Source: Candidatus Marinacidobacterales bacterium (GTDB lineage: Bacteria; Acidobacteriota; Vicinamibacteria; Marinacidobacterales; SMYC01). From it: DNA of 64,000 nt. Positions within the stretch are counted from its first letter, which is position 1. Every line of letters begins with the position of its first letter. The notes beneath the pieces are model-generated. The model did no database searches. It saw nothing but the letters and a program-made list of their open reading frames with translations, and was not told the DNA's origin. The stretch spans positions 1,792,001 through 1,856,000 of the forward strand of contig CBDCYI010000004.1 of the NCBI GenBank assembly GCA_965224085.1, in the 5' to 3' direction. Both the position numbers and the translations under genes were made by a program. This document shows positions 18,929 to 31,516 of this stretch, piece by piece.

Positions 18929-20515
18929 TTATTTGCGGATGGTTGGATAGGTTATTCCTAGTTGTTCCAGGTATGTGTCGTATTTGGATTCGTCGTAGTA
19001 GAACGGACGCATTTGTTCGCGGAAAGTGTCCATTTTTTCTTTGTTTAGATGGATGGCGGGGGGGTCGCTGGCGGTGATGAACGGAGTGTATTGGTGATCG
19101 CTTGTTTGTTCGTCTTTGAAGTATTTCCAAGCTTGGTTGACTAGCTCTGGGTTCATGAATAGCTCGAGGGCGGTCATTGCCATCACTTTGGCGCCGGCGG
19201 TGGCGCCTTTGTGGGCGATGGGGGTGGCCATGGCGACGGCGTTGGCCCAATGATGGCCGGGGCCGCCGGGGACGTTGGACGGGAAGCGCATGGTTACGGT
19301 GGGAACGGTCCACGAGATATCACCAATATCGTCGGACCCCCCGCCGAGCCGGGGCTCTTCTACTGGCCCGCGTAGCTCACCGAGCTCCGTTTTGAGTCCT
19401 TCCTCCTCGACGCCCAGCTCAGCCTGCAGACCTTTGGCAAGAGCCACATCCGCGTCGCTCCACTCCGGGAGGCCGACCTTCTCGATGTTCTTCCACATGG
19501 TTTCGGCGACGACTTTGTTGAAGTGACGGGGATAAGCGTGTCCGAGAATGCGCCAGCTGACTTCGGTATCCGTCATCTGCGCAGCGGCTTGGGCCACGGT
19601 GTTCCCGATATCGAAGAGACTCTCCAGATGCTCATGGTCGAGCTCTCGGAAGTAGTACCACACCGATGCTACGGATGGTACGACGTTCGGCTGATCTCCA
19701 CCATTCGTGATGACGTAATGCGTCCGCTGCGGAAGGCGCAGGTGTTCGCGGCGGAAGTTAATGGCCGTATTCATGAGCTCCACGGCATCGAGCGCGCTGC
19801 GGCCGCGCCATGGGGCACCCGCGGAATGCGCGGATTCGCCGAGAAAGGTGTACTCGACCGAGATGAGCCCGTTGCCGCGTCCCTGGCCCCAGCTGACGGT
19901 GAAATCGTTCGAGACATGCGTGAACATGCAGATGTCGACGTCCTTGAAGTTCCCGTCGCGAACGAACCATGCCTTGGTTGCCACGAGCTCTTCGGCCACA
20001 CCCGGCCAAAGTTTCAGCGTGCCTTTTATGCCCTCGCGCTCCATGATGCGCTTGACGACGAGCGCGGCCGTCACGTTCACAGCCTGGCCCGAGTTGTGAC
20101 CTTCGCCGTGGCCCGGTGCGCCCTCGACGAGCGGGTCATGATAGGAAACGCCCGGCTTTTGCGAAGCTTTTGGGATACCGTCAATGTCGCTCCCGAAGGC
20201 GATGACGGGCTTTCCTGAACCCCAGGTGGCCATCCATGCCGTAGGGATGCCTGCGATGCCTTCTTCGAGTTCGAAGCCGTGCTCGCGGAGCACGGCGACA
20301 AGGTAGCGCGACGTCTCAAATTCCTGAAAGCCGAGCTCCCCAAAGCTGAAAATCTTGTCCACCATCACTTGGGTGAGCTTGGCCATCTCACCTACTTGTG
20401 CGCTGGCCGCCTCTTTCAGGTCATCGACTTCGTCGCTCGCGGCTGCGAAGGACGCGCCCATCAGAGCCAACGCGAGCATCCGTGAGATGAAACCGAGCGT
20501 ACGCTTTACCAACAT
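18929..20515 (-). CDS. M20-family amidohydrolase (AbgB-like) with signal peptide
   Basis: ELGFQEFET, GHGEGHN, GVAEE, AHSAGAPWRGRSALDAVELM, GGDQPNVVP, GGSDDIGD. Confidence 0.88.
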   Translation of the reverse strand: MLVKRTLGFISRMLALALMGASFAAASDEVDDLKEAASAQVGEMAKLTQVMVDKIFSFGELGFQEFETSRYLVAVLREHGFELEEGIAGIPTAWMATWGSGKPVIAFGSDIDGIPKASQKPGVSYHDPLVEGAPGHGEGHNSGQAVNVTAALVVKRIMEREGIKGTLKLWPGVAEELVATKAWFVRDGNFKDVDICMFTHVSNDFTVSWGQGRGNGLISVEYTFLGESAHSAGAPWRGRSALDAVELMNTAINFRREHLRLPQRTHYVITNGGDQPNVVPSVASVWYYFRELDHEHLESLFDIGNTVAQAAAQMTDTEVSWRILGHAYPRHFNKVVAETMWKNIEKVGLPEWSDADVALAKGLQAELGVEEEGLKTELGELRGPVEEPRLGGGSDDIGDISWTVPTVTMRFPSNVPGGPGHHWANAVAMATPIAHKGATAGAKVMAMTALELFMNPELVNQAWKYFKDEQTSDHQYTPFITASDPPAIHLNKEKMDTFREQMRPFYYDESKYDTYLEQLGITYPTIRK

Positions 20516-20589
20516 GAAGGCCTCCTTTGCCCCACCGCTCTGAGCGCTCTATTGTATGCGATTCGCCGGAAGAGACCGCGACGAGCGCG

Positions 20590-20895
20590 CTAAAGAGTCG
20601 AGGACAACTTGCAAGAAGGGGTGATGGCCAAGCGGCGCAGCGAGGGATGCCGTGTCAAAACGAGCGCGAGCTCCGTCATGATGTCATAGCTCCGACGGAG
20701 CTTTCGATGACGCGCTTCGTATTCTCGAAACCCGCCGCCGGAACTCAGCGAAGCAATCAAGTCGCGAGCGAAACGGAGGCCGAGCGCCACCCCTTCGCCG
20801 GTGAGCGCATCCAGCTAACCGGCAGCGTCGCCGACGAGGGCAACATTCCCGCGATGAACCAACCCGGAGAGCTTCAGCAGCGGAATGCTGATGAC
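20590..20895 (-). pseudogene. C-terminal fragment of an FAD-dependent (geranylgeranyl-reductase-like) oxidoreductase
   Basis: NVALVGDAAG*LDALTGEGVALGL with an in-frame TAG at 20815-20817; no 5' part present. Confidence 0.65.
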
Positions 20896-20901
20896 TGAAT
20901 G

Positions 20902-21248
20902 CTGAAAAATAAAGATTGGGCGGGCCTATCTCCGAGCGTTCCGTCTCAGTCACTCTCGAAGAAAGACCCGCCCTTTCCATAATGCCATGGAATGAGTAGG
21001 TCGTATCCGGGCTAACTCGGCAGGGTATGTGCCGGGGGCTATTAACGTCGCTCCCTGTTGCACCCCCGGCACGATTTCACTGGAACGAGCTCGAGCGGAG
21101 TGGGTGCCGGCACGCCGCCCGAGCTCAGTTCCTGTGAATCCCTTGAAACTCCACCGTTTCCGATGTCCGCTGTCCCCCCAAAAACCCCAACCGCAAGTTC
21201 CGGTGCGGAACAACTTTCCACCAAATCGGAAGAGCTCCGAGCTGATAA
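20902..21248 (-). ncRNA. Candidate sigma54-dependent structured sRNA (~340 nt)
   Basis: Six hairpins whose mismatches are G-U on the minus strand, 14 GGA motifs, last hairpin followed by UCUUUAUUUUU, sigma54 promoter upstream, no credible ORF. Confidence 0.6.
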
Positions 21249-21258
21249 TTATTGAAGG

Positions 21259-21275
21259 TGCAACTGGTATGCCAA
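21259..21275 (-). promoter_or_regulatory. Sigma54 (-24/-12) promoter
   Basis: Minus strand TTGGCATACCAGTTGCA, close to the TGGCAC-N5-TTGCW consensus. Confidence 0.75.
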
Positions 21276-21467
21276 AACCCGAAAACCTCCTGAATTCGTG
21301 TATAACCCTATTGTGCAAAATAGGTTACGCGTTAGTAACGCCTAGAAAGGACTTTTCGAGACTGGCCCGAATAGGAACAACTCGCTGTTCCACACCACGT
21401 ATGTGAAACAGGATTTGCTCGGGTCTCGGATCCGTACTAGCATCGTCTCAGGGAGGACATTTTCATC

Positions 21468-21929
21468 GTGCGGATTCGAACACATTTGGTTCTTCTCGCA
21501 AGCATCGCAGTGGCTATCCTCTGGGGATGCAATTCGAACAGCCAGGGAACACTCCCCGATGCTGACTTTTTCGCGAGCGACGGTCAGGGTTTCTCCATGC
21601 GCGTCGGAGAAACTGCGGGCGTTCAAACGGTCAGCGCCATCAACGTCATCCGCTTCAGCGGCGTCCTCAACGACAGCCGGTGCCCCGAAAGCGTGCAATG
21701 CGTAGACGCGGGCTTCGCGACGATCGTGCTCGCGGTGCAATCCGCCCTCGCCGTCACTGAAGTACAGATTCAAGTCCCCCCAAGTGGTGAGGCGCAGATG
21801 GTGGTCGAAGAGCTCACCATCGACGTGATCGAGCTACGTCCCGCAGCCCAAGAAGGCGTCGAGATCAATTTACTCGACTACGCAGTGGCGTTGAGGGTAC
21901 GGCAGACTAGCGACCTCGGCGTTACGTAA
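21468..21929 (+). CDS. Hypothetical lipoprotein
   Basis: Signal peptide ending ILWGC; DSRCP..VQCV.AG motif. Confidence 0.75.
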   Translation: MRIRTHLVLLASIAVAILWGCNSNSQGTLPDADFFASDGQGFSMRVGETAGVQTVSAINVIRFSGVLNDSRCPESVQCVDAGFATIVLAVQSALAVTEVQIQVPPSGEAQMVVEELTIDVIELRPAAQEGVEINLLDYAVALRVRQTSDLGVT

Positions 21930-22043
21930 GAAACGCAAAGTCGCCAGGGCGCAAAGAAAAAAACCAGAAGAGCAAGACGGTTTCTGATTTTCTTTCTTTT
22001 CTTGCCTTTTGCGTTACGCTGTTTCTAAGATTGATCCGCTTTC
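21930..22043. repeat. Palindromic repeat family, copy 2
   Basis: AACGCAAAGTCGCCAGGGCGCAAAG left arm; right arm reverse complement AGCGGATCAATCTTAGAAACAGCGTAACGCAAAAGGC; between convergent genes. Confidence 0.75.
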
Positions 22044-24782
<2,739 letters not shown>

Positions 24783-24849
24783 GGCAGCCTTCTAATGTAG
24801 CACTGACGAAGCTGACCCGAAAGTGGCGCTACCACACGAACAAGTGCTC

Positions 24850-25016
24850 GAAAAAAATTCAATGTTAAGAAAAGCGTAACGCCAAGGCGCAGAGAGGCAA
24901 AGGCTCGCATCCCAACCCCAAAAGATCATGCAGACCGATGGAGAGAGCGTCAGATCTCCTCTCCTCTTTTTTTTCTTTGCGCCTTTTACGCTTGTTTGCT
25001 ACTGATACTTTGTTTT
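24850..25016. repeat. Palindromic repeat family, copy 3 (degenerate)
   Basis: TCAATGTTAAGAAAAGCGTAACGCCAAGGCGCAGAGAGGCAAAG ... CTTTGCGCCTTTTACGCTTG. Confidence 0.7.
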
Positions 25017-25026
25017 CAACACGCGA

Positions 25027-25506
25027 CTAATAGGTGCGTTTGTCGGGGAGGCGGCCCCAGTCGTCGAGGAGCTTCAGGCAGGCGTCGCGCATGAAGGCAG
25101 GAACAATCTCGAGACGGCTCCCCCCCAGTGTCTTCAGCCGCTGATTCGAGATCACGAGCTCGTTGAAGCCGAGCCGCTTGACGTCGCGGACGGTCGTGCC
25201 GAACGTGACGCGACGCATTTGGGCCCAGTTGATGGCGGCAAAGCACATGACGCACGGCTCGGTGGTCGAGAAGATCTCCACCCCCTTGAAGTAAGGCCGG
25301 CTCATCTTGCGCGCCGCCCGCGAGATGGCGCACATCTCGGCATGGCGGGTCGGGTCGTTCGTTTTCAAGACTTCGTTGTGACCCTTGGCGAGAACCTCCC
25401 CTTGCTGAACGATCACCGCGCCGAATGGGCCGCCATCGCCGCGTGCGATGCCGCGGTAAGCTTCGCGGAGCGCAATCTTCATGAAGGCCGCATCCCTCCG
25501 TCTCAT
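25027..25506 (-). CDS. Nucleoside/guanine deaminase (CDA superfamily)
   Basis: GGPFGAVIV, DPTRHAE, EPCVMC zinc motifs. Confidence 0.88.
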   Translation of the reverse strand: MRRRDAAFMKIALREAYRGIARGDGGPFGAVIVQQGEVLAKGHNEVLKTNDPTRHAEMCAISRAARKMSRPYFKGVEIFSTTEPCVMCFAAINWAQMRRVTFGTTVRDVKRLGFNELVISNQRLKTLGGSRLEIVPAFMRDACLKLLDDWGRLPDKRTY

Positions 25507-25522
25507 GATGTCAGCGGTGCCA

Positions 25523-26095
25523 CTATCGGCGCGACGCCGTCCCCATGACGGCCCCAAGCGCGTTTCCCTTGGTCAACGCAGGCGACAGCGATGAGGCAGC
25601 TGCGTCTTGGTCGCCGACAAGCGTTTTCACCAGCCCAAAGTCCACAATCTTCGGCTTCCCATCAGGTCCGATCTTGATATTCGCAGGTTTAAAGTCACGG
25701 TGGATGATCGCCTTCTCATGCGCAGCTACTAACCCCTCGGCAATGTGGATGAACAGCGGGATCGCTTCGTCGATAGGAATGCGACCCTTCGCAATCCGTT
25801 CCGCCAGCGTCTCGCCTTCCACCAACTCCATGATGATGAGCTGTTGCCCGTCGTGCTCTTCAAGCCCATGGAGTGTGGCGATGTTCGCGTGATTCAATCG
25901 GGCGAGGAGTCGGGCCTCTCGTTGGAATCGGTCCCAACGTTCTTTGTCCCGCGCAAACTCCTCGGGTAAAACTTTGAAGGCGACATCTCTACCAAGTTGG
26001 GTATCTCGTGCTCGGTAGACTTCACCCATGCCATCCGCACCCATGGCTTCGACGACTTCGTACTGACCGAGCTTGGTTCCGGGGGTGAGGGGCAT
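25523..26095 (-). pseudogene. Ser/Thr protein kinase, 3'-truncated
   Basis: GMGEVYRARD, VAFK, HRDFKPAN, DFGL; ends at 'VMGTA' before subdomains VIII-XI. Confidence 0.85.
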
Positions 26096-26172
26096 GGCTA
26101 GTACTCGTCTCCCGTATCGAGCCAGCCGTCTTTCAAAGCGCCTCGCATCGCCCCGGACCCCCGATTACCAGC

Positions 26173-28794
26173 CTAGCGCATCAACCGCTGGTACCTCATC
26201 CAGTCTTCGTCCAGCAGTGAGTCATACAGCAACTCGAATCGATAGTTCTTGGTCTTGCCCAGTCCCAAAAGGTCTGTTTCGTATGTTTCAACGTTGAGGA
26301 CCCTGCGCCCGTCCCGGTCCATCAACCCAATGTTATCGAAGTGCCAGCTCCACTCGTGGTCCTCCGAGGAGAATCGGATCTCTAGCGCTCCTAGACTCAA
26401 GGTGCCTGTGCAGCTACCGAGGCGGTGATTGTGCTTGGCACGGTACGAGAGAGGCAAGGTCTTCTTCCAGAACTCGTCGTTGACCGCGACGAGTAATTCG
26501 GAAGCACCCTCAAAGGAAGGATGGGTTCGAAGAAGTGCTGTGAGCTGGTCCCTGCTACCCTCGAAGTCTCCATTTTCGAACGCGAGCCTTGCGCGGTAGA
26601 AGAGTTCCGCCTCCGCGCGTGGCGCGGAGCGTTTGGGGCTGTCTGGAGCTGGCTCACGTTCGGGATTTCGTAGTTCGCCGCGGAGCTGCTCGTTTACTTT
26701 GACAAGGAGCTCTGGAGCTCCCTCGAAGCCGGGGTTGCCGCGGATGAGTTGCTCGAGACCTGCCTTCGCGGCGTCGAGGTCACCCCGCTCGAAAGCGATA
26801 CTGGCTTGGTGATAGAGCTCGGCATCGCTTCGTTGTTCTGGTTCTGTCTCGCTCGGCTCCTCTGCTGTAATGTGGAGCTTTGAGCTTCTTGGGGGCTCGT
26901 CCGAAAAGGGGCTCGGTTCTGACAACCTCGGAGGTGTTGCCTGTGGCTCCGGAGAGACGCTCTCGTCCGCTGGCCCACCTGAGAAGGCGACGACTACACA
27001 AAGCGCGGCTGCAACGACTGCTGCAAGAGCCAATCCGAAATGGAGGCGCTTGCTTCCAAGCTGCACGGGCGCGACGTCAGCGACCGTGCCGATCTTCGAT
27101 TTCTCTCCGGTAGGGACCCCTGTGCCTATTGCCGGAGCCCCCGCGCTGGTTTTGGAGGAACCCATCTCTTTGTGCGCGGCGATGCCGTCACCAGACGGAA
27201 CCTGCAATATGCGCTTCAACTCGTTGGCGGTCGCGAATCGTTTAGCAGGGTCCTTCGCAAGGCAGCGAACGACAGCAGTACTCAGATGGTCCGGAATTGT
27301 GGCGTCGAGGCTCGACGGCGGCAACGGCTCCTCAAAAAGAATAGCCTGCGCGATGGCGGCGAAGGAGTCACCCGACAACGGTAGCGCGCCGGTGAGCATT
27401 GCGTAAAGCATCACTCCGAACGTAAAGAGATCGGTCCGGGCGTCGATAGCTCCTTTCGAGAGCTGTTCTGGAGCCATGTAGGCGGGGCTTCCAAGAACGT
27501 CCCCGGCCTGGGTCAACTCGGAGCCGACAACATGGGCGATGCCGAAATCCATGATCTTTGTCCGACCATCCTCGGTCACGAGAATGTTCGCGGGTTTGAT
27601 GTCCCGATGAACGACTCCCTTCGAATGAGCAAAGGCTAGGGCCTCAAGGATCTCGACCGAAAGCCGTTGCACTTCGTCGGTTTCGAGGTTCTGGGACTCG
27701 AGTATCTCGTCGAGCGTCCTCCCGTGAACACATTCCATCACGATGAAAGGTGTTTCTTCGTTCGTATGGCCAACATCAAAGATGGTAACAATTCCCGGGT
27801 GGAGGAGCTTTCCCGCCGCCTTCGCTTCTCGGTGGAAGCGTTCCCGGTACTTTTTGAGCTGCGAAGGACCTAGCTGCGCCGCAGTTTGCACGAGCTTGAT
27901 CGCGACCGTTCGGTCGATTGCAGGGTCTCGCCCCTGGTAAACGGCCCCCATAGCGCCGCGACCGAGGAGTCTCTCCACTTCGTAACGCCCGAGTTTCTTG
28001 GGGAGCTCGTCACTGGCAGTGGGGCTGTCTGGCGGTGATCCGTGCTGCCCGAGAGTCATCTGGGGCGTGTCGGCTATCGTAGGTAGAACTCCCTCTGGGT
28101 TCTCGACTTCCAAAACGCCTGCAAGCACGAGGGCGTAGATAGATAGTAGGGTCTTGTCCTCGTCAAGAGGCGAGTTTGAAACGATCTCTTCTATCGTGGA
28201 AACGCCGTTCGCCTGGAAAAGAATCCACTCGACGGAGGAGCTCAGGTTCCCATCCTCGTAGGGGACGAGGGGGTTGGGTGGCTGGCGGAGTACGGCTGTC
28301 AAATCGCCGAGGCCTCGCCGGACGAGCTCAGGGTCCTTGATACTGCGAACCGCCTCTCGGATCATCTCGTGGGTCGAGAGCTCGAGTACGATGTCGTTGA
28401 CGCCCGTCGCCCGCTCCTCGAAGTAGAAAGTTCCAGACGAGCAAGTGAATAGCGAACCTATGATCGACTTCGTCCTTTCGAGGGCGTGCGCTGCGATGTC
28501 CGCGGGTGAGATAAAGCCCATTTCGGTGATTGTTTTCGCGAGACTCTCTCCGGTCTCCTTCATGACCTTCAAGGCAAGTTCGAGATCGGTGTGCTCGAGC
28601 TTGCCCGCGCGGACGAGAACCTCTCCGAGACGTTCCTGTTCGTCGTCGGAGCCCGCAAAGATAATGGAGCCCCCGCCGACGTAGATGCGCTTGGAAACAC
28701 CGTCGTTCGAGATATGAAGAATCCCTTCTTCACGGCTTGCCGCAAGCCCGCGCAGGACGCGCGCGAGCTCATCTGGGGTCAGGCTTCCGCGCAT
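26173..28794 (-). CDS. DUF4388 + Ser/Thr kinase + TM + TPR-like protein
   Basis: REEGILHI..RLGEVLV (DUF4388); GRGAMGAVY, VAIK, HRDIKPAN, DFG, YMAPE; hydrophobic TM; two repeated TPR-like units. Confidence 0.88.
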   Translation of the reverse strand: MRGSLTPDELARVLRGLAASREEGILHISNDGVSKRIYVGGGSIIFAGSDDEQERLGEVLVRAGKLEHTDLELALKVMKETGESLAKTITEMGFISPADIAAHALERTKSIIGSLFTCSSGTFYFEERATGVNDIVLELSTHEMIREAVRSIKDPELVRRGLGDLTAVLRQPPNPLVPYEDGNLSSSVEWILFQANGVSTIEEIVSNSPLDEDKTLLSIYALVLAGVLEVENPEGVLPTIADTPQMTLGQHGSPPDSPTASDELPKKLGRYEVERLLGRGAMGAVYQGRDPAIDRTVAIKLVQTAAQLGPSQLKKYRERFHREAKAAGKLLHPGIVTIFDVGHTNEETPFIVMECVHGRTLDEILESQNLETDEVQRLSVEILEALAFAHSKGVVHRDIKPANILVTEDGRTKIMDFGIAHVVGSELTQAGDVLGSPAYMAPEQLSKGAIDARTDLFTFGVMLYAMLTGALPLSGDSFAAIAQAILFEEPLPPSSLDATIPDHLSTAVVRCLAKDPAKRFATANELKRILQVPSGDGIAAHKEMGSSKTSAGAPAIGTGVPTGEKSKIGTVADVAPVQLGSKRLHFGLALAAVVAAALCVVVAFSGGPADESVSPEPQATPPRLSEPSPFSDEPPRSSKLHITAEEPSETEPEQRSDAELYHQASIAFERGDLDAAKAGLEQLIRGNPGFEGAPELLVKVNEQLRGELRNPEREPAPDSPKRSAPRAEAELFYRARLAFENGDFEGSRDQLTALLRTHPSFEGASELLVAVNDEFWKKTLPLSYRAKHNHRLGSCTGTLSLGALEIRFSSEDHEWSWHFDNIGLMDRDGRRVLNVETYETDLLGLGKTKNYRFELLYDSLLDEDWMRYQRLMR

Positions 28795-29409
28795 GGTGTC
28801 TGGATCTAGGTGGGGATGACTTCTTTTTCGGTTCGGTCCCGGTTGTTCTCGACGACCATGTAACAAAGCAGGTTCGGGGCTTTTCGCACAACGTACGCCT
28901 TGGAGTTGACCTCGAAGGCGCTCGGAAGGCGTACGAGATCCCTGTCGGCCTTGTTTGAGAATGGAATCGTGTATTTGGGCATGTTGGCTATCCGGTCCCG
29001 GAGGAAGCGGCAATGGGCCCCGGCCGGGGGCCCGCCCCCGGCCTGGCACGTGTCGCTATTCGCTTTTGGGGAACCTACAAAAAGGTAACGGCGATTTAAT
29101 GGCAGACGCAAACGGTAGTCTCTAAAGCACAGCATTACCGTCGGGTTCCACCGACGATGCTTCGGGCGCGGACACAAGATGCAGAGTACTCGCGGTTCGA
29201 GCCAGCTGCTGCCTCGGTGGACTTTCGGTGCGCAGCTCATGCGCTAGAACTGCAACTCAAACTCCCACAGCCGCAGCTTGTTTCCTAGAACCGCGGCTCG
29301 TAGAGGACCCAGCCACGAGCTCTATCCGTAGGGTGCTCATCCACGTCTCCGAGCTCGCCGCGTGCCTGTCGATCCGATAGACGTCTATTTTTTTGGAACT
29401 GGGGACGAC

Positions 29410-29875
29410 ACTGTGGTTCCTTTGCCGGTAAAATCCCTCTGCGCGACGTTGGCCCTCTCGGCACTCTTCTAGAAGAAATCACGACCTACGCATTCCGCCG
29501 AGTCCATTGCAACCACGCTGTCAACTTGGCTTGCACCCGGAAGATTCGCCGGCGGATGGTAGGGACGAGCGGGAAGTCAAGCGCGAGCCGCTTCGATAGC
29601 GGTTCCGAAGGTACTGGACTCGGATTTCCAAACGGCGATATCCGGGCCGCCCGCGCATCGACGCGGAGATTCGCGAGCTCATCCGAACGATGGCGCAGGA
29701 CGGCTGGGGCGCACCGCGCATCCACTCCGACATGGAGCTTCTGCCATTGTCGACGCGCCTTCGAGCTCTTGTGTGCCTGTGGGCGTGCCTCTCACCGGCA
29801 CCTCGGATTTTCAGACCCGTGGAATCGACGATCAGATGAATCGGGTCATCACGCGCTCTGGTGGGAGAAGGCACG
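29410..29875. mobile_element. Fused IS remnants: IS481/integrase-type 5' fragment (+) and IS5-type fragment (-)
   Basis: + strand 'YWTRISKRRYPGRPRIDAEIRELIRTMAQDGWGAPRIHS' resembles 37910 ORF; - strand 'PIHLIVDSTGLKIRGAGE' resembles the IS5 transposases. Confidence 0.7.
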
Positions 29876-29899
29876 TTGACGTCTTTGTTCCGCCGTCGT

Positions 29900-30049
29900 G
29901 TGGTCCGGCGCTTTCAGGTCGACGAGATCGATGAACACGAGGGCTTTCCGTTCATTGCGATGGAGTATGGGAAGGGGAAGACGTTGAGGGAGATTCTCGC
30001 GGACGGTCCGCTCCCTAACGATAAGCTCATACGCTCAGGCGTGAGGTGA
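29900..30049 (+). pseudogene. Internal fragment of a Ser/Thr kinase
   Basis: EIDEHEGFPFIAMEYGKGKTLREILADGPLP. Confidence 0.6.
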
Positions 30050-30111
30050 TCGGTGTCCGCCTCCGAGAATCAGCCCTACTCATTTCTGCGAGGGGACCGA
30101 CAGCGAGGGCC

Positions 30112-30504
30112 TCATTCCTCTTTCATGACCGCCATCCCGCTCGCGACTTGAGTGGCGCCTTCGACATCATCGACGCCGAGAACAACATCGCCTCCGACGG
30201 TGACGTAGACGCAATCGATGTTGATTCCCGCCTCCGACATCACGAACGCCACGTCGCCCAACGTGCCCGGCTGATCCAGAACGTTCACCACGACGACGTC
30301 GCGCTTGCTGTAGGGAATACCGGACTGCTCAAGGGCAGCAGCAGCCGCTTCGGTATCGCTCGCTACAAAATGCACGACGCTTACCCCGCGGCCGCTCCGG
30401 CCTTCGATCGCTTCGAAGTTGACGTCGGCCTCGCCGAGCACCGAACCTAGCCAGGCAAGCGAGCCCGGTTTGTCTTCGAGACTGACCTGAAACTCAATGG
30501 GCAT
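30112..30504 (-). CDS. Tandem ACT-domain protein
   Basis: LEDKPGSLA..LGEADVNFEAI and VLDQPGTLG..MSEAGINIDCVY. Confidence 0.85.
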   Translation of the reverse strand: MPIEFQVSLEDKPGSLAWLGSVLGEADVNFEAIEGRSGRGVSVVHFVASDTEAAAAALEQSGIPYSKRDVVVVNVLDQPGTLGDVAFVMSEAGINIDCVYVTVGGDVVLGVDDVEGATQVASGMAVMKEE

Positions 30505-30919
30505 GACCCTTGTCCCTCCGATCATCACAGCGTTCCGTCACATTTTACTTCGGAAAGTAATTCCGGCCGTATGGGTCGTCCTGGGGTCTTCCGTGAACTC
30601 TTGGCGACGGCGACATCGTGGCAGATCGTCTCGTCGTAGCAGCGTTTGAGCGATAGGAAAAATTAAAGTTTGTCTGCCGGGGCGACGCAGAATCCCATTC
30701 TTGAGAGGTTGGCGAGAGTCGTGGTTCAAAGCCGAGCTGAGTGCGACGCTCCGCTAGCGGAATTCGTGCACAGGAGCGCGCTTGTCGTTCATCATTAATT
30801 AATCCGCCGGAACGGGAGCCGTCCGGCTCGATGAGGGACGACCGAAAACGGGGTCGTCGCCGTGTGGGCAAAATACTCGAACGCGCTGCAGGCCAGCAAG
30901 TTCCGAGGTTGTCTCGCCG

Positions 30920-31025
30920 TGTGCCTTCCATAAACTCGATCCGCAATCCTGAAGCTGCTCTCGACCCTGGGAGAGAGTTCACGCGCGTTGAATGCTTCGG
31001 TCGGCGTCGCGGTCATCGCGTAATC
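30920..31025 (-). mobile_element. Orphan right end of an IS481-like element
   Basis: TGTGCCTTCCATAAACTCGATCCGC and about 100 following bp match the reverse complement of 38995-39095. Confidence 0.7.
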
Positions 31026-31230
31026 GGACGGGTGCTTCCGCCATCGATTGTTGCTACGCCGCGACGGGCATTTGAATGCTCGTGTCCGTTGCCTGCGTAC
31101 GAGCGATACCGAAGGTGATCACGTCGTATTCTATTACTGCGGAAGCACCTTTTGGAGTCCAATGGCTTGGCTTGCCGGATAGCCGTCAAAACCTGCTCAA
31201 CAGGGGGTTTCCATTATTCACAGTGTCAAG

Positions 31231-31500
31231 AATGATGAGTCTAACCCAGAAGGTCGTCAGGCAATTCTTCTTGGCAAGCGCTAGACTAATTTGGGAAGGA
31301 AGAGATGCAGAGAAAAGGAGTTTTGGCTGCCAAAAAAACTCGTTATTGGTGCAGCAATTGGTTACGATTTTAGTGACCTCAACTTGTTTATTTCATCGCT
31401 ACGTCAAGTGGGGTATAGGGATGATATTGTCATCCTGGTCAATTGGCTGGATCCCTGGACGAAAAAAAGCACTTACCCATTTTAACGTAACACCAATCCG
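31231..31500 (+). pseudogene. AT-rich gene fragment (possible glycosyltransferase-like N-terminus), frameshifted, next to the intron 3' end
   Basis: KKLVIGAAIGYDFSDLNLFISSLRQVGYRDDIVILV; GC lower than flanks. Confidence 0.4.
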
Positions 31501-31516
31501 TCTCAGCTCGGGGATG

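Noticed and set aside
20902-21248. Identity as RNase P, tmRNA, SRP or 6S RNA
   Set aside because: No GAGGAAAGUCC, no tRNA-like ends, no SRP GGAA-loop domain, and the fold is serial hairpins rather than a single rod.
28806-29240. 144-aa ORF and a GC hairpin at about 29022-29043
   Set aside because: No motif or RBS support, and a single hairpin is not enough to call an RNA.
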